Shown piece by piece: positions 9,894 through 17,351 of a stretch of DNA of 64,000 bases. The notes under the pieces are model-generated. The model had not been told where the DNA came from. It saw only the letters and a program-made list of their open reading frames with translations, and searched no databases. A program made the translations under genes and the position numbers. The stretch lies in the NCBI GenBank assembly GCA_963766685.1, contig CAVYBJ010000012.1, forward strand, positions 17,500-81,499, in the 5' to 3' direction. The stretch is from an uncultured Chloroflexia bacterium (GTDB lineage Bacteria > Chloroflexota > Limnocylindria > Limnocylindrales > CSP1-4). Position 1 is the first letter of the stretch. Each line of letters starts with the position of its first letter.

Positions 9894-11058
9894 CGCCACC
9901 GGTCCCGCCGGACTCCTCTCCCCGGCGCTCCCAGCCGGGGCTGAACAGCTTCAGCTGGTTGGCGCGCTGGTAGGGGTGGCCGGCCAGGCGGTCCCAGTCG
10001 AGGTCGATGCCGAGGCCAGGGCGCGTGGGCACGGGCACGTAGCCGTCGACGGCCAGGATGGGCTCGTCGACGATCTCGCGGGTCCAGGCGGAATTGAACG
10101 CCTCGAAGGTCTCCTGCAGGTAGAAGTTGGGGATGCAGGCTCCCAGCTGCACGGAGATCGCGGCGCACACTGGTCCTTGCGCGTTGTGGGGGGCGACCAC
10201 GCCGTAGTGGGCGTCCACCATGGCCGCCACCTGGCGGGTGCGCCAGATGCCGCCCAGGTAGAGCGGCTCCGGCTGCAGGATGTGCACGGCATCGTGCCGC
10301 AGCAGCTCGGCGAACTGCTGTGACGAGGTGAACGACTCACCGGTCGCCACGGGCACCGCGGAGCGGCGTGCCACCTCCACCATGGCGCCGATGTTCTGGT
10401 GGGCCACGGGCTCCTCGAACCAGGCCGGCCGGTGCTCGGCGAGGCGATCGGCGAGGCGCAGGGCCGTGCTCACGCTGAAGCGGTTGTGGCCCTCGATGAG
10501 GATGTCGACCTCGTGACCCACGGCCTCTCGCACGGCCGCCACGATGGCCAGCGAGAGGTCCTCCTCCCGGGGTTCCTGCGTCCGCCAGGCGGCGCCGAAG
10601 GGGTCGAACTTGAGGGCCGTGTAGCCGCGGGCGACGACACCGCGGGCAGCCTCCGCGAAGGCCTCCGGGGTGCGCGCCACGCGGTACCAGCCGTTGGCGT
10701 AGGCGCGGGTGCGGTCGCGGTACCGGCCACCCATGAGCTCGTGGATGGGCCGGCCCACCGACTTGCCCACGATGTCCCAGCAGGCCACCTCGATGGCGGC
10801 CACGGCCGAGCTGTGGATCTGGCCACCCTCCGAGTAGACGTCGCGCGTCATGCGCTGCGTGATGCGCTCGATGTCGGTCGGGTCCTGGCCGAGCCAGGCC
10901 TCCTCCAGCTCGTGGATGGCCGTCTCCACGGTGGCGCTGAAGGCGTTCAGGGAGCCCTCCCCCACGCCGTACAGACCCTCGTCCGTGTCGACGCGCACGA
11001 AGAGCCAGTTCTTCCAGGGGTTGCCGACCAGGAACGTGCGGACGCCGCTGATCGTCAC
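9883..11058 (-). CDS. Enolase-superfamily sugar-acid dehydratase (D-galactonate dehydratase / MR-MLE family)
   Basis: GTG 11058 opens VTISGVRTFLVGNPWKNWLFVRVDTDEGLYGVGEG...AIEVACWDIVGK...ILIEGHNRF...WFEEP...ATGES...ILQPE...APHN, a close pattern match to DgoD-type dehydratases. The ORF track fuses it to the upstream aldolase. Confidence 0.85.
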   Translation of the reverse strand: MTISGVRTFLVGNPWKNWLFVRVDTDEGLYGVGEGSLNAFSATVETAIHELEEAWLGQDPTDIERITQRMTRDVYSEGGQIHSSAVAAIEVACWDIVGKSVGRPIHELMGGRYRDRTRAYANGWYRVARTPEAFAEAARGVVARGYTALKFDPFGAAWRTQEPREEDLSLAIVAAVREAVGHEVDILIEGHNRFSVSTALRLADRLAEHRPAWFEEPVAHQNIGAMVEVARRSAVPVATGESFTSSQQFAELLRHDAVHILQPEPLYLGGIWRTRQVAAMVDAHYGVVAPHNAQGPVCAAISVQLGACIPNFYLQETFEAFNSAWTREIVDEPILAVDGYVPVPTRPGLGIDLDWDRLAGHPYQRANQLKLFSPGWERRGEESGGTGGVSA

Positions 11059-11739
11059 GACCGCTGCCCCCCATCCGCGCCGTCGATGGCAGCGCTGTCG
11101 ACCGCGACACTGTCGATGGCCGCCCGGACTCTGCCGGGCGCGACCGGCCACCCCGGCCGGATCGCCGTCGCCGATGAGCCAGCCGCCCATGCCCAGCGCC
11201 ACCGCGCCCGCGGCGATCCACTCGCCCGCCGTGTCCGCCGAGACGCCGCCGGTGGGCACCATGGGGATGTCCGGGAAGGGTCCAGCGACCTGCGCCAGGT
11301 AGCCGGGACCGACGGCGGAGGCCGGGAAGAGCTTCACGGCGCTGGCGCCGGCCGACCAGGCGGCCAGGATCTCCGTGGGCGACAGGGCGCCCGGGAAGCA
11401 GGGCACGCCGTGCCCCGCGCACCAGGCCACCAGATCCGGGTCGCAGTGCGGCGAGACGATGAAGCGGGCACCGGCGTCGACGGCGCGGCGAGCGGCGTCG
11501 ATGGAGAGGACGGTCCCGGCGCCCACCAGGGCGCCCAGGTCGTCGGCGACACGGGCCAGTGCCGCGATGGCTGCCAGGGCATCGGCCTCGGGCTCGTTGA
11601 GGGTCAGCTCCATGGCTCGCACGCCGCCGGCCGCGAGGGCCTCGGCGACTCCCGGCACGGCGTCGGCTGGGATGCGACGCCCGATGGCGATGGCGCGGCT
11701 CTCGAGGATGAGGGGCGGGATGGGGGGTCGTGCGGTCAT
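11054..11739 (-). CDS. Second KDPG/KHG-type aldolase paralogue; a frameshift near the 3' end creates an apparent fusion
   Basis: MTARPPIPPLILESRAIAIGR...MELTLNEPEA...GAGTVL...FIVSPH...VKLFPAS...PTGGV. In a +1 frame the tail reads ...RAAIDSVAVDSAAIDGADGGQRS* and its TGA overlaps the dehydratase GTG (GTGA). The indel is at ~11125-11135. Confidence 0.75.
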
Positions 11740-11834
11740 CGCGGTCCTTCGGGCTGCTGGCTGACCCGGCGAGCCTATCGCCTTTGAGCAATCATCGGGG
11801 CCTACCGCCCGCGGACTCCAGTGGAGGACACCCC

Positions 11835-12719
11835 ATGGCCCATCGCGTGCTTCCGGCTCCCGAGCTCCTGGTCGAGCACGACGCCTTCGTGGGCGAGGGC
11901 CCCGTCTGGGATCCGCGCATCGGCCGCCTCCTGTGGGTGGACATCCCCAACGCCACCCTCTTCGTGACCGACCCCGCCGACGGCTCCACCGTCGAGCGCC
12001 GGCTTCCGAAGGCGGTCGGCGTCGTCGTGCCGCGCGCCTCGGGCGGCTACGTGGCAGCCCTCCAGGACGGCTTCTACGCGCTCCCCGATGAGGGCGAGCC
12101 GGAGCTCATCGCAGCCGTCGAGGCCTCCGACCCGTCCACCCGCTTCAACGACGGTGAGACCGACCCCCAGGGCCGCTTCTGGGCGGGGACGATGGATTGG
12201 CACGCCGAGCCCGGGCGTGGCTCCCTCTACCGGCTGGATCCGGACGGGACCGTGACGCGCATGGTGGAGGGCGTCTCCATCTCCAACGGCCTGGGCTGGA
12301 GCCCGGACGGCCTGACGATGTACTACGTCGACACGCCCACCTGGCGCGTCGACCAGTTCGACTTCGACCCCGTCAGCGGCGACATCAGCGGCCGGCGCGA
12401 GTTCGTGACCATCCGCGAGGGCGGCGGGCGGCCGGACGGCCTGACGGTCGACGCCGAGGGCGCGGTGTGGGTGGCCACCTGGCCGGGCTACGGCGTCCAC
12501 CGGTATCTGCCGGATGGCACGCTGGACGCCGTCATCCCGCTGCCCGTCTCCAACGTCTCGAGCTGCGAGTTCGGCGGCCCGGACCTGCGCGACCTCTACA
12601 TCACGACCGCCTGGGAGTTGCTCTCGGAGGAGGAGCACGCCGCCCAGCCACTGGCCGGCAGCCTCTTCCGAACCCGGGTGGAGGTGCCCGGCCGGCCACG
12701 GGTGCCCTTCGCCGGCTGA
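11835..12719 (+). CDS. SMP-30 / gluconolactonase / LRE-family sugar lactonase
   Basis: ATG 11835 follows GGAGGA. Intact. VGEGPVWD, LLWVDI, NDGETDPQGRFWAGTM, SNGLGWSPDG, PDGLTVDAEGAVWVA, SCEFGGPDL. Confidence 0.88.
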   Translation: MAHRVLPAPELLVEHDAFVGEGPVWDPRIGRLLWVDIPNATLFVTDPADGSTVERRLPKAVGVVVPRASGGYVAALQDGFYALPDEGEPELIAAVEASDPSTRFNDGETDPQGRFWAGTMDWHAEPGRGSLYRLDPDGTVTRMVEGVSISNGLGWSPDGLTMYYVDTPTWRVDQFDFDPVSGDISGRREFVTIREGGGRPDGLTVDAEGAVWVATWPGYGVHRYLPDGTLDAVIPLPVSNVSSCEFGGPDLRDLYITTAWELLSEEEHAAQPLAGSLFRTRVEVPGRPRVPFAG

Positions 12720-12728
12720 CGAGCGCCG

Positions 12729-13612
12729 CTACCCCGGGTCGTTGACGCGGATCTCGAAGAGCGCCGGCCAGAGCTTGCCGGTGACCAGGAACGTGCCCTG
12801 GGCGGCGTCCCAGGCGATGCCGTTGAGGACGTCCGGCGGCGGGGCGGACGGGGGCGCGGTCGGCGAGGCGGACGGGGCGCGCTCGGCGCGAGCCGCACTC
12901 GGCGCGCTGGTCGCGGCGGTGGCCTCGGCGGGCGGCGCCTGCTCCAGGAGCCCGGCCAGGTCGAGCGTGCCCGTGATGGTGCCCTGGTCGGGGTCGATGC
13001 GCACGATCGTGTCGGTCAGCCAGGCGTTGGCCCACACCATCCCGTCCACGCACTCCAGCTCGTTGAGCCGGAAGCCCGCAGCACCGGCCCCCTCGACACG
13101 GACGCTGCCGATCACCTCGAACGTGACCGGGTCCCGGAAGGTGAGTCGATCGCTGCCGTCACTCATGACGAGCCGCTGCCCGTCGTAGCAGAGACCCCAG
13201 CCCTCGCCCTCGTAGTCGAACGCACCGAGCGGCTCGAAGGTCGCGACGTCCCAGGTGTTGGCGACCCCTTCCTGCCAGGTCAGCTGCACGAGGCGATCGC
13301 CCACCAGGGCCAGCCCTTCACCGAACTGGCTGTCCGGCAGTGGCGCGGAACGCAGCACGGCCCCGGTCCGCGGATCCACCTCGCGGATCGTCGAGCGGCC
13401 GCGCAGCCCCGTCGACTCGAAGAGGCGGCCCGACTCGTCCAGCTGCAGGCCCTGCGTCCAGGCGAACGCGTCATGGGGGCGACTGGAGACGACCTCCCAG
13501 GCGAGCTCCGGCGGGTCGATGGCGGCCGCGGTGGGGCGCGTCAGCGACCTCGCGGGGCGACACCGGCACCCAGCAGCAGGGACAGCGCCACGGCCAGCGA
13601 GAGGACGGACAT
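12729..13612 (-). CDS. Secreted glutaminyl-peptide cyclotransferase (beta-propeller, plant/bacterial type), one frameshift
   Basis: ATG 13612 gives signal peptide MSVLSLAVALSLLLGAGVAP. The frame switches in a C-run at ~13556. It then reads ELAWEVVSSRPHDAFAWTQGLQLDESGRLFESTGLRGRSTIREVDPRTGAV...NELECVDGMVWANAW...LNGIAWD. Confidence 0.8.
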
Positions 13613-14031
13613 CACCACCGCAGTGTGCCTCAGCAGCGGACCGGGAAGGTGGGAGCGCCGGGAAGGATGGAGCGCCGGCCGCTCGCCTGCCTGAGCGGTA
13701 CCGGCGCTACGGATGAGGCTAGGCCGGTCAGGCCGCCGTGGGCAGCATCCGGTCAGCGCCGGCCCCTGGCCCAGTCGTACGGGGTCCAGCCGACCGCAGC
13801 CCAGCGGAGCCCTCGCGACCGCACGAGGCCCCTGCGGCCCGAGACGCCGTGACGTTACGCCACTCGTGACGCGGCACGACTTGAGCGCAGGGTCCGGCTG
13901 GGCGATACTGGGGCGCAGCCGAGAGCGGTGGGAGGTCGAAGGTCCGGAGGTCGAGCAGACCGAATCGGCCATCGCAGCCGCGTGTCGACCCGGTAGAGTG
14001 GACGCCTGCCTGCCATAGGAGGGAACGCCTG

Positions 14032-14529
14032 ATGTCTGGACCCGGTACCGAGACCCCCAAGACGACGCCCCCGGGGCAGCCGGCTCCGCCCTCGGGCGGC
14101 GGTTCGGCGTCCCAGGCGACCGCAGCCGTGGGTAACGCCGTGGCGACGCTGCGCCAGCGCCTCGTCGCTGGTGAGCAGATGGTGCTCGCGTCCGCAGCGG
14201 TCATCGTCGTGGTCGTCTACCTCTTCTTCCAGTTCCTGCTCGACTACAACATCGTCAGCGACTTCACGGTGGTCATGGCGGTGCTCACCATCCTGGCCAT
14301 CTGGGTCCACCGCTGGGGCCACTACGACTTCGGCAAGGGCTACCGCGTCGTCATCGGCGCCCTGGGCCTCTCGCTCGCGCTGTTCGCGGTCATCAACCTG
14401 CTCGCCTGGGTGCGCGTCGGTGGTGGTACGGGCGACTTCCTGGGCCTCATCGGACGCATCATCTTCTGGGTCAGCGGCCTCGCCGCCGGCTACGGCGCCT
14501 GGCTGGTCTTCCGCCTTCGCGAGGACTGA
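14032..14529 (+). CDS. Hypothetical integral membrane protein (about 4 TM)
   Basis: Intact 165-aa ORF after RBS GGAGGGA. Pro/Gly-rich N-terminus followed by hydrophobic segments. No family recognised. Confidence 0.6.
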   Translation: MSGPGTETPKTTPPGQPAPPSGGGSASQATAAVGNAVATLRQRLVAGEQMVLASAAVIVVVVYLFFQFLLDYNIVSDFTVVMAVLTILAIWVHRWGHYDFGKGYRVVIGALGLSLALFAVINLLAWVRVGGGTGDFLGLIGRIIFWVSGLAAGYGAWLVFRLRED

Positions 14530-14574
14530 CACACCCGTTCCCACGCCGCTGCGGCGGCGGCTCACGGCACGACC

Positions 14575-14602
14575 GACCGGGTCACCGACAGGTGGCCCGG
14601 TC
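14575..14602 (+). terminator. 12-bp stem / GACA tetraloop hairpin downstream of 14032..14529
   Basis: GACCGGGTCACC-GACA-GGTGGCCCGGTC (one G-U pair), 46 nt after the stop. Followed by ATCGATTCTGT, a weak U-tract. Confidence 0.5.
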
Positions 14603-14610
14603 ATCGATTC

Positions 14611-14619
14611 TGTGGATAA
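14611..14619 (-). promoter_or_regulatory. Perfect DnaA-box 9-mer (TTATCCACA on the reverse strand)
   Basis: TGTGGATAA read directly. It sits in the 435-bp spacer upstream of the SpoIID-like gene. A weaker AAATCCACG lies ~70 bp downstream. Confidence 0.3.
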
Positions 14620-14964
14620 CTGGCAACTCCCCGCGTCGGATCGACTGCACGCCACGGCGTAGCCTGTTAGTCTTCGCCCACAAATCCACGCCAACGAGGC
14701 TCACCAACAGAAGACCCGCCGCGCCCACGGCAGGGATCTGACGCGCTTCGGTCGCCGTTGACGGATGCGCGTCGCCCACGGGTCAGCTTGCGTTCCCCAG
14801 GCGCCGGATGCCCCGTGACTCGTTGACCGCGCTCGCCTCGCGTGCGCTGCCGACCTGGTCGTCGACCCCAGTCGCGACCACTCCTCCCCCGACCCTGCCG
14901 ACGTGCGGCGCCGAGCCCTCGTCATCGCCCCAGCGATGCCGTGCGGCCCGCATGGAGGTACCCG

Positions 14965-16266
14965 ATGCCCGTGACATCACCGCACGCCTTGCCGTCGACC
15001 CAGCGCGGTCCGCGGCCCGAAGCCGTCGCCCTGCGCGTCGGCCTTGCCGCACTCGCCGTGGCGACCCTCCTGACCATCCCGCAGCTGGCCGCTCCAGCGC
15101 CGGCCGCGGCGGGCTCGTCCTGCACCGGCTGGACCAGCCAGACCGTGCCGCCACGGACGATCCGTGTCCTGCGCACGCGCACCGGGCACGTCGAGCGGGT
15201 GCCCTTCCGCCGCTACGTGGCGGAGGTCATGGCCTCCGGCGAGTGGCCGGGTCGGCTCCACCAGGCCACCCTGGAGGTCGGGGCCGTGGCCACCAAGCAG
15301 TACGCCTGGTACTACGCCATGCGCGGACACCACCGTCCCGGCTACACGTCCGGCGGCCGCTGCTACGACGTCCGCGACGACACCATGGACCAGCTCTATC
15401 GGCCGGAGCGCGCCTACCCCAACCTCGACCAGCAGCGCGCCATCGATGCCACCTGGGCCCTCTCGCTGCGCAAGTCCGGCCGCTTCTTCCTGACCGGCTA
15501 CCGTGCCGGCGTGAGCAGCCAGTGCGCTGCGGACGCCAACGGCTGGAAGCTCTACGCACGCAGCGTGGAGGCCTGCGCCCGGCAGGGCTGGACGCGAGAG
15601 CGGCTGCAGCGCACGTACCTGGGGCCCGACCTCTCCTTCGTCTGGTCCGACCGGCTCGGCCCCATCCTGGCCGAACCCGACCTGCTGCTCAAGCGCGGCA
15701 GCCGGCTGCCCGACTCGCCGGTCACGGTGACCTGGAAGCCTCTGCCCGTCTCGCCCGGGGTGAGCCGCTACATGTTGCAGCGGAAGGTCGGCCGGGGCGA
15801 ATGGAAGGGCATCGCCATCGGCGCGCCGGCGGCACGTCAGGCCCGCGTCTGGCTCAAGACGGGCCTGGCCAACCACTTCCGCGTCCGCGGTGTCGACGGC
15901 CAGGGCCGCGTGGGTCCCTGGTACTACAGCGGCGAGCTGACCGCCGCCCTGCGGGGCCCGGTCGGCACGCGTCTCGGCGGTGACGGTGTCGTGGCCGCGG
16001 CCGCCCATGGCAGCCGGTGGGTCCGGTCCAGCTTCACGGGCGGCTCGGTGGCCCTCGTGGCCGCCACCGGCCCCGGGATGGGCCGGGTGCGCATCTTCGT
16101 GAACGGCAAGCGGGCCGCCCTCGTCGACCTGCACCGCGAGACGAGCAGCCAGCGCGAGCTCGTGTGGACGATGAACTTCGGCCGCGTCACGCCGCGCCGC
16201 ATCGCCGTCAGCGCCGTGGATCCGGCCCGACCCGTGGACTTCCAGGGCTTCTACGTGCTGCGGTAG
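14965..16266 (+). CDS. Secreted SpoIID/LytB-domain protein with C-terminal beta-rich domains
   Basis: ATG 14965 follows GGAGGT. Signal/TM segment VALRVGLAALAVATLLTIPQLAAPAPAAA. SpoIID-like core VPFRRYVAEVMASGEWPGRLHQATLEVGAVATKQYAWYYA...YDVRDDTMDQLY. Intact. Confidence 0.6.
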   Translation: MPVTSPHALPSTQRGPRPEAVALRVGLAALAVATLLTIPQLAAPAPAAAGSSCTGWTSQTVPPRTIRVLRTRTGHVERVPFRRYVAEVMASGEWPGRLHQATLEVGAVATKQYAWYYAMRGHHRPGYTSGGRCYDVRDDTMDQLYRPERAYPNLDQQRAIDATWALSLRKSGRFFLTGYRAGVSSQCAADANGWKLYARSVEACARQGWTRERLQRTYLGPDLSFVWSDRLGPILAEPDLLLKRGSRLPDSPVTVTWKPLPVSPGVSRYMLQRKVGRGEWKGIAIGAPAARQARVWLKTGLANHFRVRGVDGQGRVGPWYYSGELTAALRGPVGTRLGGDGVVAAAAHGSRWVRSSFTGGSVALVAATGPGMGRVRIFVNGKRAALVDLHRETSSQRELVWTMNFGRVTPRRIAVSAVDPARPVDFQGFYVLR

Positions 16267-16309
16267 GGTCGCGCCCGCACATCGGGCTCCTGTGGCACCA
16301 TCCGCTGGC

Positions 16310-17264
16310 ATGACTCGAACGACCAAGCCCCAGGGCGCCGGCGCGCCGCGTCAGCCGTGGACGCCGGAGCAGGCCCCGCAGGGAGTGACCTGCCCGGCCT
16401 GCGGGCTCGCCAATGAGGCCGGCGCGCGGGTGTGCCGCAACTGCGGCCTGCCCATCGCCAGCTCGGCGGACCCGCTGCGGGGCGTCAAGCCCGGGCACGT
16501 GGACCTGCCCACCGCGCGGCGCTCGGGGCTGTCGGCCATGCTCGGCCTGGCCATGGTCATCGGCCTGCTCATCGTGGGCGGCACGCTGGCGGTCTCCGGT
16601 GGCGGCATCCTCAACAGCGGCGGCCGCCTGGGCGTCGCGCCGGTCGGCTCGGCCTCGCCGGCCGCGCCGGCAGCAGCCAGCAGCCTCCCACGCGAGGACG
16701 ACGCTGGCACCGTCACGCAGCCCGAGGCAGCCGACCCGTCCGCCCCGGTGACGGGCGAACAGGTCGCGACCGGGCCGACGACCGCCTTCGACTACACCTG
16801 CGAGGACGGTGCCATCACCGACCTCGGCGCCTCCGAGTGGAAGCTGAGCCAGTTCACGGCCGGCCTGCGCGAGGAGGAGACCGAGACCTACGAGCGCATC
16901 ACCTGGGAGATGTCCAAGCGGGGTCCGCTGACACGGGCACCACCGCGACCATGGAGTGGACCACGCCCAAGGAGGCGCGGAACACCTATGGCGCCACGCT
17001 CGTGACCGGTGCGCGCGCCATCGTCGTGACCTTCGACGGGCCCGGTGGACACCACCGCCGGCCAGCAGATCGACCAGCTCCTCCTGGAGCCCGAGGGCAT
17101 CGACGCAGATCCGCACCATCGAGATGTTCGAGGGTGCGGACGGCAAGGTGCGCACGGTCATCGGCATCCGCGGCGACAGCTGTGCCCGCATGTCGTCGCT
17201 GGGATGGTCCAAGAAGGGCAAGGTCAAGAACGCCAAGGTGTACCTGGACGTCGAGCGCTTCTAG
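16310..17264 (+). CDS. Zinc-ribbon membrane protein, about 3 frameshifts
   Basis: CPACGLANEAGARVCRNCG zinc ribbon, then TM LSAMLGLAMVIGLLIVGGTLAV. The C-terminal domain is reconstructed from three frames (ITWEMSKRG|SADTGTTATMEWTTPKEARNTYG...VVTFDGP|VDTTAGQQIDQLLLEPEGID|QIRTIEMFEGADGKVRTVIGIRGD...VYLDVERF). Switches are at ~16920, ~17040 and ~17100. Confidence 0.55.
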
Positions 17265-17275
17265 CTCGGTCCCCT

Positions 17276-17309
17276 CGCCGACGCGCGGCCGGTCCTCTCG
17301 CCGTCGGCG
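17276..17309. terminator. Hairpin between convergent genes (8-bp stem CGCCGACG/CGTCGGCG, 18-nt loop)
   Basis: Read directly. It lies between the stop of 16310..17264 (+) and the stop of the M4 protease (-). The large loop makes it weak. Confidence 0.3.
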
Positions 17310-17351
17310 CGGGCGGTCAGCTCGCCAGCCAGGGCGCAGGTGCGCGGCGGC

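Noticed and set aside
10337-11791. 484-aa (-) and 462-aa (+) Arg-rich ORFs over the dehydratase/aldolase genes
   Set aside because: They are alternative frames of clearly identifiable genes, with extreme Arg/Gly/Pro content.
13613-14031. RNase P RNA, SRP RNA, tmRNA or ydaO riboswitch in the long spacer
   Set aside because: I could not find the conserved cores on either strand: GAGGAAAGUCCGG and ACAGAACCCGGCUUA for RNase P, GUCAGGUCCGGAAGGAAGCAGC for SRP, the tRNA-like end for tmRNA, or the ACGGGGUGAAUC-type ydaO segments. There were only loose resemblances.
14530-14964. Chromosomal replication origin
   Set aside because: There is only one perfect DnaA box and one weak one. There is no box cluster, no AT-rich unwinding element, and no dnaA, dnaN or rpmH nearby.
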